Shown here one piece after another: positions 36,099 through 45,392 of a stretch of 52,958 bases of DNA. The translations under genes and the position numbers were made by a program. The first letter of the stretch is position 1. Each line of letters starts with the position of its first letter. The DNA is from a virus (taxonomy: Duplodnaviria > Caudoviricetes), in the IMG/VR virus record IMGVR_UViG_3300032241_000243, positions 1-52,958 of that record. One strand, 5' to 3'. The notes beneath the pieces are model-generated. The model worked only from the letters and a program-made list of their open reading frames with translations, made no database searches and was not told where the DNA came from.

Positions 36099-36378
36099 TT
36101 GGGATCCTCAAAAGTGTTCCAGGTTGGATATTAATGGGGTTAACAATCTCTGGGTTAATGTCTAAAATCTGCCACCAAAGGGTAGGGTCACCTAAAAACT
36201 TTAATGAGATGTTGTCTAAACGATCATCTTCTACCCATTGGTAGATGCTAAAGTTTTCTGAGTAGGTAGGCCAGTTTCTAAAAACGGTAGCGTCGTATTG
36301 TTGCTTGTTAGCATTCCAGGCTTTAAAAACCAACGTACTGCCTGCACTAGGGGCATAACGGCTATCTGAGAATATCAT
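36091..36378 (-). CDS. LysM / tail X-like baseplate protein
   Basis: DRLDNIS.KFLGDP.LWWQI.D.NP....P..IQPGT.LRIP. Confidence 0.85.
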   Translation of the reverse strand: MIFSDSRYAPSAGSTLVFKAWNANKQQYDATVFRNWPTYSENFSIYQWVEDDRLDNISLKFLGDPTLWWQILDINPEIVNPINIQPGTLLRIPNA

Positions 36379-36389
36379 TTATATCTCCT

Positions 36390-37814
36390 TTAACTTCCGT
36401 TTGTAAAGGCTGCGTTGTCGATGTATCTGGTGCAAGAAATATCAACTTGGGTAAGGATAGGCACCATTCGTTCATTAAACATAATGTGTTGAACATCAAG
36501 GCTATTGATACGAACCAAGTAACGCATGCCATCTCCAAGATGGAGTTCTACTGGAATTGGCTGTAGCCAACCGTAGTCAGCAGTAGGTCCATTAAGGGTA
36601 GACATGTAAGTTGCGTCGTATCCACCTGTAGCCTTAAAAAAGTATTCAAGGTCGTACATGGTTCCTTTTTTATAAATCAACTGTCGGTCTTCAAGGGATA
36701 CTGGAAATGGATATATGTCCGTATGGTTTGGACCATCAAAAACCAACGATGGAACACCATTTACATTTCTTTCTTTTAAGTTCACTTCTACTTCAGACTG
36801 AGAAACGGGCTGTACAACGTACTGCCCACTAGGAGCAAGCACACTCATGTCACCGATACGGTTCAACATGAGAGAAAAACTAACTGTACTTGCCATCAAA
36901 CCTGAACCAACAGCAGAGGCAGGGTCTTGACCAGTTGCTTCGTATGGTGGTGAGAAAGAGTCTACAAGTCCCCAGGACATAGATATAGATGTTGGGTTGT
37001 ATAAAAACTTAAACCCATAAGCATTTTTATCTGCTTTAAATACATTCTTAGCATTTGAAGCGGTAGTTGCTTGAGTAGTTGGGTTTGATGTTGCCAAACT
37101 TTGAAGAGTTGTTTGGCTCATTTGAATGGCACCTTTTCCAGTCCATTGAAAAGACCCAACATCTTTTGGAGGTGTGGTTACAAGTATGCTGTTTCCTGCA
37201 GAAGCAATCTGGGGTCCAAGAGGACCAAAATAAGCAGTCTTAACCATAGGAGCGTTGTACACGTAAGGTTGTGCTGGAGGTGCTTTCTTGGTTTTGTTAA
37301 GACCTGAACCACCTGCGTTAGATCCACCAGTGCTAGTTGTAGGAGGAGGTGTACCTCCTGCAGCAAGTATCTTGTCTTTAGCGATTTGTGCTTCAATACT
37401 ATTGTAATTAGCCTGTTGCTTTGTTAATAGAGCAGAAACATCCTTAGCGCTTGTTTCAAGATTCGTCTTTCCTTGATCGATATTAGTCCATGTTGCAAGT
37501 GCCTTGTTATAAGTGTTAGATGCAGCAAGAAGTTGATCAGAGGTGTAATGAGATGGATTTTGTTGGTATGGTTTATAGGCATTTTGCGCAGTAATCCATG
37601 TTTTTTGAGCAGGACTCCATTGAGTTTTTACATAGTTTTTTAATTCTGTTTGAATAGACGTTAGGTTAGTTTGAAGTTGAGCAATAGGTTGTTGTGCCAA
37701 CGCTGCTTGTTTTTGCAGTTTTCCACTCTTAAGTTCGTTTGCTGATTTAACAACTGACGCCGCAAACTGCGCTTGACTTTGACTTGTTCTTTTACCAGAC
37801 GATGGAGTAGCCAT
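36390..37814 (-). CDS. Tail tube initiator / baseplate protein with an N-terminal coiled coil
   Basis: GFKFLYNP.SIS..W, GT.YDLE, P.ELHLG, V.H.MF..RMVP; directly after the tape measure gene. Confidence 0.65.
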   Translation of the reverse strand: MATPSSGKRTSQSQAQFAASVVKSANELKSGKLQKQAALAQQPIAQLQTNLTSIQTELKNYVKTQWSPAQKTWITAQNAYKPYQQNPSHYTSDQLLAASNTYNKALATWTNIDQGKTNLETSAKDVSALLTKQQANYNSIEAQIAKDKILAAGGTPPPTTSTGGSNAGGSGLNKTKKAPPAQPYVYNAPMVKTAYFGPLGPQIASAGNSILVTTPPKDVGSFQWTGKGAIQMSQTTLQSLATSNPTTQATTASNAKNVFKADKNAYGFKFLYNPTSISMSWGLVDSFSPPYEATGQDPASAVGSGLMASTVSFSLMLNRIGDMSVLAPSGQYVVQPVSQSEVEVNLKERNVNGVPSLVFDGPNHTDIYPFPVSLEDRQLIYKKGTMYDLEYFFKATGGYDATYMSTLNGPTADYGWLQPIPVELHLGDGMRYLVRINSLDVQHIMFNERMVPILTQVDISCTRYIDNAAFTNGS

Positions 37815-40228
37815 TATGACCTTCCTGCAATAGATAACGAGTTGTTATCTGCGAGTAATGTTTTAACTCTCTTAGCAAGGTTAACCGCTTCTGCTTCTGA
37901 GGCTTGAGCAACACTTACGTTGATTGTAATGTTGTTGGTACTACCAGCCGAGTTACTTGCAGTGCCTACAGCACTTCCGCTCATAGTGGACGTGGTAGTT
38001 GCAGGCATCGAAGCACCGTAACCAGAGTTACCGCCACCTGCACTTGATGGAATGTGAGTTCCCCACGCAGATCCGTTAATTGCACTTAGTACTGCTGCAG
38101 TACTGTTACCCTTTTTGAGGGCTTCACGGATAGCAGAGTATCCTCGTTGGTTCTCATTAAGAGTGCTGATAGTGGCATTTAATCCTTGAGAATAAGAGAC
38201 GTAGGATTTAACACCAGCAGAGTTAATGTTGGTAGCCCCAGTTTCATCAAGAGTGGTGTTTATTGGGTTATAGTGAGCAGAGTTATTCCACTGGCCACCT
38301 TCATACGCCATCCACGTTGTTACAGCCTTCATGTTTGAAGATGTAACAGGATCACCCATTTTGGTCAAGAAGTCTTTAGCCCAAGCCTGTTGGCTACCTG
38401 TTCCAAGGATAGTTCCGTAGGTAAGTTCTTGTGTTCCAGAAACCATACCCACGCTCATGAAGTTACTACCAAGAAGGACAGATGGGTCTACAGGGTTGTT
38501 TTTACCTTTACGAACCTCGAAGTGCAAGTGGGGACCCGTAACGTTTCCTGACTCACCTGATTTAGCAATGATTTGCTTGGCACTGACGTTGTCACCGATT
38601 TTAACGCTCTTGCTGCTTAGGTGACCATACAAAGTTGTGTACCCGTTACGATGGTCAATTTGAACTGTAGTTCCGTATTCAAAACCAGGATTATCATCGA
38701 ACACAACTCCAGGAGCAACGGCTTGAACAGGTGTTCCAATCGGAACAGCGTAGTCTTGACCTTTGTGGTTGTTACCTGAAGGTGTGTTCCACAAATCAGA
38801 ACCTGTGGCTCCGTAAGCAACTGTTGGTGACATTCCTTTAATAGGTGAAACAGCATTATTAGCAACGGCATTTTGTGCTACTACTTCTCCGCCAACTGCT
38901 GCACCAAAGCCAGAGTTACCACCACCTATACCATGTTCTAATCCTGATAATACTAAAGCCCCCGCACCTTCAAGGATAGATCCAACACCGTGGACTATTC
39001 CACCAATAACAGAAGTTGCAGCCTTACCGACGTTAGACGTACCCATTCCTTGAGTAAATCCTTTTACTTTAGAAACAGCGTCAAGAACACTTCCAAATTG
39101 AATTAACTTTTTGTTTACTGCGGTGATTACATTTGCGGCATCTTGATACCCTTGAATCATCGCTTTTTGACCAGCCTGCTCTACTGCAGTTTGAGAAGAT
39201 GTAATTTGCTGAGTTGCTTTTGTTGGGTTTCCTACACCAGATGCTGAGGCAAGGTCTGGATTTTGACCACTAGCAATTTGCAAGAATTGCTTTCTAAATA
39301 GGTCTTGTTGATCAGAACTAAAACCCATTGCGTTTAGATCGGCGCCTGCAAGTCCATACTGAAGAGACATCTGTACTTGACTAGCAGTAGCGCCGTGTTG
39401 AAAGATGCGTTTGTAAAGTTGGGTGGCAATGCTTGTTTCAGAGGCAGGTTGACCATTTGGACCAAATTGATTAATACCATACTGGTACAGGTTGGCTCCC
39501 ATAGCACCTGTTTGTAAACCGCCAATGGCTTGAGCGGCGGTAGCGTTGTTCATGTTAAGAAGTCGAGATGCTCCGCCAATTTCTCCCATGGCTGCAAGGT
39601 AAGCGGCACTTCCTGGAGCATACCCATATCCCTGAACGAGTTGTGCAGCCGCTGCCGCATCGTCCCCCATACCAGATATTCCGTAACCAAACTTTCCGTT
39701 GATTGCAGAAAGGCTAGACTGCTGTAATTGTGTGTAGCCAAGTCCAGTTGGAGAATACTGAGAACTGGTGTAATAACTACCAGCACGAGATACGGTGGAA
39801 CCCAGGTCAGGTGCAAGGGCAGCAACTCCTCCTACAATTCCACCAACAATTTGCCCCGCTCCAGAAACGATCTGGCCAATCCCCATAGATGATTGGCTAG
39901 GCATAGAAGTGTTACTAGCAACTGCTTGTTGAAAGGCGGAGGCTGGAGCACCCGCATCGATGATGCTAGGGACGTGTGTTCCACCGTTACTTACCCCAGT
40001 TCCAGCAGTGGAGAAACTAGCAGTGTCTGTACCAAGAGTTTGTCGGTTAGTCTTACCGTTGCCCTTTTGACCACCTTTGCTGATGGCACCCTTCATCGTG
40101 GATGTAGCGTCGTTTGCTTGGGCAGTGATGTCCTTGATGGATTGGTTGATGGAGTTAAGGGTCGTCAAAGTATCCTTCAACGCATCGTTGAGGGATTTAA
40201 CGCTTGTAACAGGGTTAACTGACGCCAC
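37814..40228 (-). CDS. Tape measure protein with an M23 peptidase and a lysozyme-like domain
   Basis: A/G/Q/S-rich helical N-terminal half; HKGQDY...YGHL...TGPHLHFEV (M23); W...EGG...NP.NTT...GVKSY. Confidence 0.8.
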   Translation of the reverse strand: MASVNPVTSVKSLNDALKDTLTTLNSINQSIKDITAQANDATSTMKGAISKGGQKGNGKTNRQTLGTDTASFSTAGTGVSNGGTHVPSIIDAGAPASAFQQAVASNTSMPSQSSMGIGQIVSGAGQIVGGIVGGVAALAPDLGSTVSRAGSYYTSSQYSPTGLGYTQLQQSSLSAINGKFGYGISGMGDDAAAAAQLVQGYGYAPGSAAYLAAMGEIGGASRLLNMNNATAAQAIGGLQTGAMGANLYQYGINQFGPNGQPASETSIATQLYKRIFQHGATASQVQMSLQYGLAGADLNAMGFSSDQQDLFRKQFLQIASGQNPDLASASGVGNPTKATQQITSSQTAVEQAGQKAMIQGYQDAANVITAVNKKLIQFGSVLDAVSKVKGFTQGMGTSNVGKAATSVIGGIVHGVGSILEGAGALVLSGLEHGIGGGNSGFGAAVGGEVVAQNAVANNAVSPIKGMSPTVAYGATGSDLWNTPSGNNHKGQDYAVPIGTPVQAVAPGVVFDDNPGFEYGTTVQIDHRNGYTTLYGHLSSKSVKIGDNVSAKQIIAKSGESGNVTGPHLHFEVRKGKNNPVDPSVLLGSNFMSVGMVSGTQELTYGTILGTGSQQAWAKDFLTKMGDPVTSSNMKAVTTWMAYEGGQWNNSAHYNPINTTLDETGATNINSAGVKSYVSYSQGLNATISTLNENQRGYSAIREALKKGNSTAAVLSAINGSAWGTHIPSSAGGGNSGYGASMPATTTSTMSGSAVGTASNSAGSTNNITINVSVAQASEAEAVNLAKRVKTLLADNNSLSIAGRS

Positions 40229-40230
40229 TG

Positions 40231-40389
40231 TTAACTCCTTCCGTATCGAGCCTTAATAAGTTCTAACCAGTTCTTACGTTCTCTAGGAGACATCTCTTTA
40301 ATCTCCGTAAGGTTCCAGTTGGGGTATAACTCAGAGATCGCAGCCCATTCTGCAAAGATCTCTATGTAAGCCTTTAAACTAGAATTGAA
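40231..40389 (-). CDS. gp51-like tail-chaperone extension, probably reached by a +1 frameshift
   Basis: Frame with no start codon at its 5' end: (F)NSSLKAYIEIFAEWAAISELYPNWNLTEIKEMSPRERKNWLELIKARYGRS*; fills the gap before the tape measure gene. Confidence 0.7.
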   Translation of the reverse strand, partial: FNSSLKAYIEIFAEWAAISELYPNWNLTEIKEMSPRERKNWLELIKARYGRS

Positions 40390-41191
40390 ACAAGGTGCCC
40401 AAATTAATGGATACCGTTACCTCACCTTCACAGTCAGGGCAAGGCAATTGAATATCGTTAAACTGTGGACCAGGAGATCGTAGTGAGATCTCTTCAAGGA
40501 TCTTTTTACGATCAACAACTCCCAAGTTTTGAACTTGGATCTTGTTGTAGACAGGCGCTCCGTTAATCTCAAGGACTGTCTTTTCTAGAAGAATAGTGTT
40601 TAACTCTGCTGCTGTTTTATCAGCATTGTTAATAAGTTCTTTTTGAGCAAGACCTGTAGGTAGTTGTACTTTAATAGGTCCTTTTTTACCTTCAACCATA
40701 AACACGCGATCTTCAATTGGGTTTGCCAACATCTTGATTTTGATGTCTTCGTCTAGGTCTACAGAAACTGTTTTAAAGTCATTGCAACCAGAACAGTAAG
40801 TTGGGATATCTGCAGTTTTTCCAAAAGTTACCTTTAAGATACCGAGAAGAATGGTCTCTCGGTCTGCGGCCAACATAAAGTTAAGCGCAGATTCTGAAGC
40901 CTTGGCATCTCCCACAGAAACAAGCCCACGGTCTAAAATGGTTAGAAGAGCCTTACCAACGCTTGATGCTTTGGAGATCGCCTCTTCATCTTTACCCGTC
41001 AGTTCACGAACCTCTGCTGTGCGGAGCAACTCCCCAGAGGCTGTTATGTAGCCTCCAGGAAGTTGGACCGTAGTATCCGAAGGTGGAACAATGGTGGCCT
41101 CAACTGGTTCCGTAGGACCCTCATTGAATGCCTCATTAAGCAGGTTGTTTGCCAATGCGGGATTAGCCGCTGCCGAAATTGTGTTAGTCAT
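40379..41191 (-). CDS. Tail assembly chaperone (T4 gp26-like)
   Basis: LPGG, VRELTG.DEE, DR..ILL.I...TFG, two CxxC; lies between tube and tape measure. Confidence 0.75.
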   Translation of the reverse strand: MTNTISAAANPALANNLLNEAFNEGPTEPVEATIVPPSDTTVQLPGGYITASGELLRTAEVRELTGKDEEAISKASSVGKALLTILDRGLVSVGDAKASESALNFMLAADRETILLGILKVTFGKTADIPTYCSGCNDFKTVSVDLDEDIKIKMLANPIEDRVFMVEGKKGPIKVQLPTGLAQKELINNADKTAAELNTILLEKTVLEINGAPVYNKIQVQNLGVVDRKKILEEISLRSPGPQFNDIQLPCPDCEGEVTVSINLGTLFQF

Positions 41192-41208
41192 TGTTATCCT
41201 TTAGTTGA

Positions 41209-41862
41209 TTATCCGTTGAATGTGTTTACGTTTACTGATGTTCCATAGGTTGTGCCCCATGCAATATCGATACCCTCATGAACAAGAGACATCTGCTCTA
41301 CAAGAAGAGCGTTGTCGCCAGCATTTAGGTCTGAGTATGAAATGGATGTAGGCCATGCATTATAGATATAAAAACTTTGAGCAATTACATCTTTTGAAGC
41401 AGCAGCAGCAGCACCCGCACCAGTTGATAGGCCAGAAGCATCACTTACTGTTTCAGCACTTGAAATAGGGTGTTGCAAAACATCGATGCGAAGATCGCAA
41501 CGAAAGTTAGCAGTTGCAGAAAGTGTGCTTCCACCACCTTGTACTGTTGCAAACAAGTTGCGCATCCAATCCCAGTTAACTGAAGTTCCAAGAATCACAC
41601 CACGTTGTAGGGTGATAGGTGAGAAAGTTGTTTGACCAGGAATTTGGTGAACGGTGGTGTTGTAGCCACCTTCACGGTAAGGAATAGAGTCTGTTGTTAC
41701 AGACATTCCTGATACCGATGTAAATCCGAATGAGATCGGAGGTGCGCCCACAGCAGTTACCGCTGCTGAAGCGTTTGCTTGTGGGATGAACGTAACTAGA
41801 TATCTAAAGTTACGTAATGGATCAGTCGCAAGACTTGATCGGTTATTTTGGATTGTTGCCAT
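41209..41862 (-). CDS. Tail tube protein (gp19-like)
   Basis: DPLRNFR, GF.SVSG, YREGG, PGQT..SPITL.RGV, YNAWP...SDLNA...VEQ..LVHEG. Confidence 0.93.
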   Translation of the reverse strand: MATIQNNRSSLATDPLRNFRYLVTFIPQANASAAVTAVGAPPISFGFTSVSGMSVTTDSIPYREGGYNTTVHQIPGQTTFSPITLQRGVILGTSVNWDWMRNLFATVQGGGSTLSATANFRCDLRIDVLQHPISSAETVSDASGLSTGAGAAAAASKDVIAQSFYIYNAWPTSISYSDLNAGDNALLVEQMSLVHEGIDIAWGTTYGTSVNVNTFNG

Positions 41863-41879
41863 TGTTTATCCCCTTCGGA

Positions 41880-43397
41880 TTAGGATGCGATCATCTGGTT
41901 GATGTTAATAACGACAAACTCAGCAGGATACTCAAGCGCTACACCAACTTGGATGTTGACAATACCGTTTTGAATTGATGCTGAGGTGTTGTTTGTTGCA
42001 TCGCAAAGAACGTAGTAAGAAGAGCCTGGAGTTGCTCCAGCCAATCCACCTTGGTTGCGATACCCATTTAAGAAGGTGCTAATTGCACCAGACAAACGCG
42101 CCCATAGTTTGTCGTCGTTGTTCTCAAACAGTGCGTTTTCAGCAATAGCATCGATGCTCTTTTCAATGTAGATAAGAGAACGACGCATGTTTACATAGCG
42201 GTTTGCTGTGCCATCTTGTTTAAGAGTACGAGCGCCCATTACAACTAGTCCAGCACCAGGTACCTGACGAATTGGGTTTACTGGAGCAACCGAGCCAGTT
42301 CCTCCTGAAGGAAGGCCTAGATTCAAGTTGTCAAGATCTGTTGATGAGAATGAACGCTCTACAGAGATAACACCTGAAAGAGATGCACTAAGTCCTGCTG
42401 GAGCCTTAAACACTCCCTTTGAAGCATCAGTTGCAAGATATAAACCAGCAACCGCTGCGGAAGGTCCTACTAAACGAAGAGCACTGTTACTGCGTCCTAC
42501 TGGGTCTGAAATGTAAATATTAGGATAGTAAACAGCAGTATTGCTTGAAGCCGTTAGTGACTGTGCGAACTCGATTACACCGTCTACAGTTAAACCAGAA
42601 GCAGTCTCTGACACATAAAACGCGTCGTTATTTGCCGACCATGAGATAGCATCAGTAATAACGTCTACTTCTCCTGAAGCCAAGGTTAAAAATAGGTTTG
42701 GTGTAAAGGTAACAAGAGCACGGTTCAATGAATCAAAAGCATGCCATACAGTACTTCCTGTTGAAGCGTATGAGGTGTAGTCTGTTGACACTACCGTGCT
42801 TCCATCTGATCCACTTGCTAGTGGGTAAGGTGCAGAGATAACAGGAGTACCAGAGGCTGTTGCGCTGATCGTAATATACGAAGAAACGTTGTTAATAACG
42901 GTCTCTGCGTAATCAGACTGAGTGGAATCAGCAAACTGAATATTCTGGTACTGCTCAAGAAGAACGTTTCCAGTAGACACTGTGTTATACAAAGCCAATG
43001 TGTAAGTTCCAGAAACTGTTCCAGCACTTAGATTTACATAGTAGTTGTTAGCAGCGGCTCCACGGCTTTTTGCTGTAATAGTAGCAACCGTTGCAGAAGC
43101 AGATGTAACAACGTTCACAGTCGCAGCAGCAGCGTCTGAGTGCATGATGCGCTTTACATAGAGTTCGCGACCACCGTTGTTGAAGAAGGTTGCGATAGCA
43201 AATGTTGCTGGATACGCAGCGTTGTATCCACCAAAGATGCTTGTGAATTGGTACCAAGAAGTGATATAAGTCACTGTTTCTGGACCTTGAGGTAGAGGTG
43301 CAACAACCGCACCTGCAGCGTTTGCTGAAGGGCCTTGTGGCAGTGGTGCAGGTAGGAGTGTCTCTGAAAGGTACACTCCAGGACGACCGTAAGTCAT
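41880..43397 (-). CDS. Contractile tail sheath protein
   Basis: PGVY..E, FF.NGG, YYP, GVFKAPAG, VMGARTL, RYVN.RR, LFE.ND, PAEFV.I. Confidence 0.95.
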   Translation of the reverse strand: MTYGRPGVYLSETLLPAPLPQGPSANAAGAVVAPLPQGPETVTYITSWYQFTSIFGGYNAAYPATFAIATFFNNGGRELYVKRIMHSDAAAATVNVVTSASATVATITAKSRGAAANNYYVNLSAGTVSGTYTLALYNTVSTGNVLLEQYQNIQFADSTQSDYAETVINNVSSYITISATASGTPVISAPYPLASGSDGSTVVSTDYTSYASTGSTVWHAFDSLNRALVTFTPNLFLTLASGEVDVITDAISWSANNDAFYVSETASGLTVDGVIEFAQSLTASSNTAVYYPNIYISDPVGRSNSALRLVGPSAAVAGLYLATDASKGVFKAPAGLSASLSGVISVERSFSSTDLDNLNLGLPSGGTGSVAPVNPIRQVPGAGLVVMGARTLKQDGTANRYVNMRRSLIYIEKSIDAIAENALFENNDDKLWARLSGAISTFLNGYRNQGGLAGATPGSSYYVLCDATNNTSASIQNGIVNIQVGVALEYPAEFVVININQMIAS

Positions 43398-43431
43398 TCT
43401 TTCTCCTAACTAGTTTTGGATAGGTTCCGAT

Positions 43432-44100
43432 TTAACCCGAAATAGTTTTACTGGTAATGGCTGTAAAGATTGGTTGTGTTCCTCCTTCAACCAGATCAGA
43501 ATAGCCAGTGAGTCCGACTTGTAGTGCCTTGTACAAGGCTGAGTATTCTGCAGGTGCGATCTCACTTGAGATACGCACTGTGAAAGCGTTTACGAATAAC
43601 CGCTTTCCTGCTTCTGAAATGTCTCTTTTAGAAACATCCAGAACGTCAAGACGACGTACCGTGTTGTCGTCAAGTTCTATTGCTCCCATACGAAGGGGCA
43701 AACGGTTGAACATCAACTCTGCTAACATCTCTCGATCATGGCGCGGTTGACGTGCATAGGTTGTAACTTGGTAGTCAATGTTTACTGGGATAGGCATATC
43801 TATTTCCCAGTTGTTAACATCTGGGTTATAAGCCGTGGTTCCGTCACCTGCAATGGCTGGGTCATCGTAATACGCAGGCTTTACTTTTCCACGCATAGAG
43901 CGCTCAAAGGCTTCAGCGATGTCCACCATGTCAATGGTTATGTATGGGTATTCTTGCTGTCTAATCTGTTCATCGGGTTGCCCAAACCACACGCCAACAT
44001 TGCGGGTCGCAGTTCCTCCTGCGTCTGATTTCTGGTCAGTTACAGTCATGCCTGTTAAAAGATTGCGAAGAGCAGCATCTTCAGATAGTAAAAATGTCAA
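43432..44100 (-). CDS. Tail terminator / neck protein
   Basis: WF..PD...YPYITID, P.P..IDYQV..Y.R..RH; immediately upstream of the sheath. Confidence 0.65.
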   Translation of the reverse strand: MTFLLSEDAALRNLLTGMTVTDQKSDAGGTATRNVGVWFGQPDEQIRQQEYPYITIDMVDIAEAFERSMRGKVKPAYYDDPAIAGDGTTAYNPDVNNWEIDMPIPVNIDYQVTTYARQPRHDREMLAELMFNRLPLRMGAIELDDNTVRRLDVLDVSKRDISEAGKRLFVNAFTVRISSEIAPAEYSALYKALQVGLTGYSDLVEGGTQPIFTAITSKTISG

Positions 44101-44426
44101 AAGAACTTACCCCCTAAGTGCTCAGAAAGTCGTCCTAAAAGAAAGGACTCTGCTTCAGCGCGGTCGCTGTCACGGTTAGCGAAGCGTCGAAGAGCGTAGG
44201 TGGGCTGTTGTCCTGGGGTGCCATACTCTAGGTCTAACGCTTGCGCGTGGTAGGAAGGGTGTACATGAGTAGTAAACCCTTTTTCAGGGTGGTATTTAAC
44301 ATGAAGTCCACTGACAATGTTGTCGGGCCAACCTGCAGCCCTTGCCTCAGAACGTAGTTGGGCAGACATGTAGCGTGTGGTCTCGTGTGCAGAAACGTGC
44401 ACGGCGCGTTGGGTCTTAGACTTCAC
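44097..44426 (-). CDS. Neck/tail completion protein (HK97 gp10-like, tentative)
   Basis: LR..A...GWP...LEYGT....P...LR. Confidence 0.5.
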   Translation of the reverse strand: MKSKTQRAVHVSAHETTRYMSAQLRSEARAAGWPDNIVSGLHVKYHPEKGFTTHVHPSYHAQALDLEYGTPGQQPTYALRRFANRDSDRAEAESFLLGRLSEHLGGKFF

Positions 44427-44599
44427 TTCCGCTTCATCGCTTTCGATGCTACTTTGCCAGCGACATACCCAGCGATAAGAGCAGCGAAAACAGGTTGTTT
44501 CTCTTTTGGACGGAAACCGAAGACACCGCGAATGAAGTTCTCGCGTTCATGCTGATTGTTAATCTCAGCAGCCTCTTCATACCAAGCACGATGTGCCAT
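44423..44599 (-). CDS. Small 58-aa protein with a hydrophobic C-terminal segment
   Basis: Read manually: MAHRAWYEEAAEINNQHERENFIRGVFGFRPKEKQPVFAALIAGYVAGKVASKAMKRK; AGGGG RBS; GTGA overlap with the next gene. Confidence 0.7.
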   Translation of the reverse strand: MAHRAWYEEAAEINNQHERENFIRGVFGFRPKEKQPVFAALIAGYVAGKVASKAMKRK

Positions 44600-44666
44600 A
44601 TCTAAACCCCTTTATCGCAACCAGTGGGAACTGTGGCGGACACCAGCGCGGTGTTCCGTTGGTATA

Positions 44667-44672
44667 AGGGTA
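44667..44672 (-). promoter_or_regulatory. Putative -10 (TACCCT) for the tail operon
   Basis: Same hexamer as at 10477, 22973 and 50327; directly after a terminator. Confidence 0.5.
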
Positions 44673-44699
44673 AAGAAAAAGCCCTGATTTCTCAGGGCT
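44672..44699 (-). terminator. Rho-independent terminator
   Basis: AGCCCTGA-GAAA-TCAGGGCT followed by TTTTCTTT, 5 nt after the last basic-protein gene. Confidence 0.85.
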
Positions 44700-44704
44700 A
44701 AGTC

Positions 44705-44827
44705 TTACTTCTTTTTGGATTTAATCTTTTTAGCCAAGGCTTTATCGTTCTTGGCATCTTCCTTTTCGAACTTCTTCTTCTGGGCTGGGGTCATGCCCTT
44801 TTCCCATTTAGAATCTTTATGAGCCAT
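44705..44827 (-). CDS. Tiny Lys-rich protein (40 aa)
   Basis: Read manually: MAHKDSKWEKGMTPAQKKKFEKEDAKNDKALAKKIKSKKK. Confidence 0.75.
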   Translation of the reverse strand: MAHKDSKWEKGMTPAQKKKFEKEDAKNDKALAKKIKSKKK

Positions 44828-44956
44828 TTACTTCTTCTTGCCCATTTTCTTCATTGAAGCCATTGGCTTAGCAGAGGCTTTCTTAGAACCAGCCTTTGGG
44901 CCTTTGCCGTATCCTGCTTCGCCCTTCTTCTTTCCACATCCACATGACATGCACAT
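44828..44956 (-). CDS. Tiny Lys-rich protein with N-terminal CxxCGC (42 aa)
   Basis: Read manually: MCMSCGCGKKKGEAGYGKGPKAGSKKASAKPMASMKKMGKKK. Confidence 0.75.
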   Translation of the reverse strand: MCMSCGCGKKKGEAGYGKGPKAGSKKASAKPMASMKKMGKKK

Positions 44957-44958
44957 AG

Positions 44959-45123
44959 TTATTTGCCTTTCGATTGTTTTGCTGCCCAAATATTATCGAC
45001 AGCGTTTGGGTAGGGGCGACCCGCCTTTTCAGCGCGAGCCTTAGCCGACGCCTTCTGTCCAGAAGACAGAGGAGTGGACTTCTTTCTTGGGTTCTTCTTC
45101 TCCCAGATTGGCTTACTTGCCAC
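44959..45123 (-). CDS. Tiny basic protein (54 aa)
   Basis: Read manually, GTG overlapping the upstream TAG: MASKPIWEKKNPRKKSTPLSSGQKASAKARAEKAGRPYPNAVDNIWAAKQSKGK. Confidence 0.75.
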   Translation of the reverse strand: MASKPIWEKKNPRKKSTPLSSGQKASAKARAEKAGRPYPNAVDNIWAAKQSKGK

Positions 45124-45392
45124 TAGCAGTCCCACTTACGTATGGACTTGTTAATACGACTGTTTGGATCTTTCGCCGTTTTGGAAGAGGTGTTCTTGTC
45201 TTTCATTCCTTCCATTCTGGCACAGAAAGACTTGCGTCGAGCCGCAGACTTTGGAGACTTCGCTGCTTGCTCTTTAGACACAGGAGCCTTAAGGTTATGA
45301 CCTTCTTTTTTAGCAGAAGCCCGCCCCTTAGCATTTAGGCCGCCCTCTGGGTCCTGTCCTTCTTTACGAGTCCATGCAGGTGATTTAGACAT
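45123..45392 (-). CDS. Small basic phage protein (DUF6321-like)
   Basis: AWTRKEG...GGLNAKGRAS...LK.P...ARRKSFCARM...DPNSR...RKW.C. Confidence 0.75.
   Translation of the reverse strand: MSKSPAWTRKEGQDPEGGLNAKGRASAKKEGHNLKAPVSKEQAAKSPKSAARRKSFCARMEGMKDKNTSSKTAKDPNSRINKSIRKWDC

Noticed and set aside
40370-40381. TAG read-through of the tail chaperone
   Set aside because: The zero frame after TAG gives a short non-conserved-looking peptide ending at TGA; the gp51-like motif is in the +1 frame.
29434-44100. Extracellular contractile injection system or tailocin instead of a phage
   Set aside because: The tail genes are contiguous with a full phage replisome and a head-closure-like gene, and no host housekeeping context is present.
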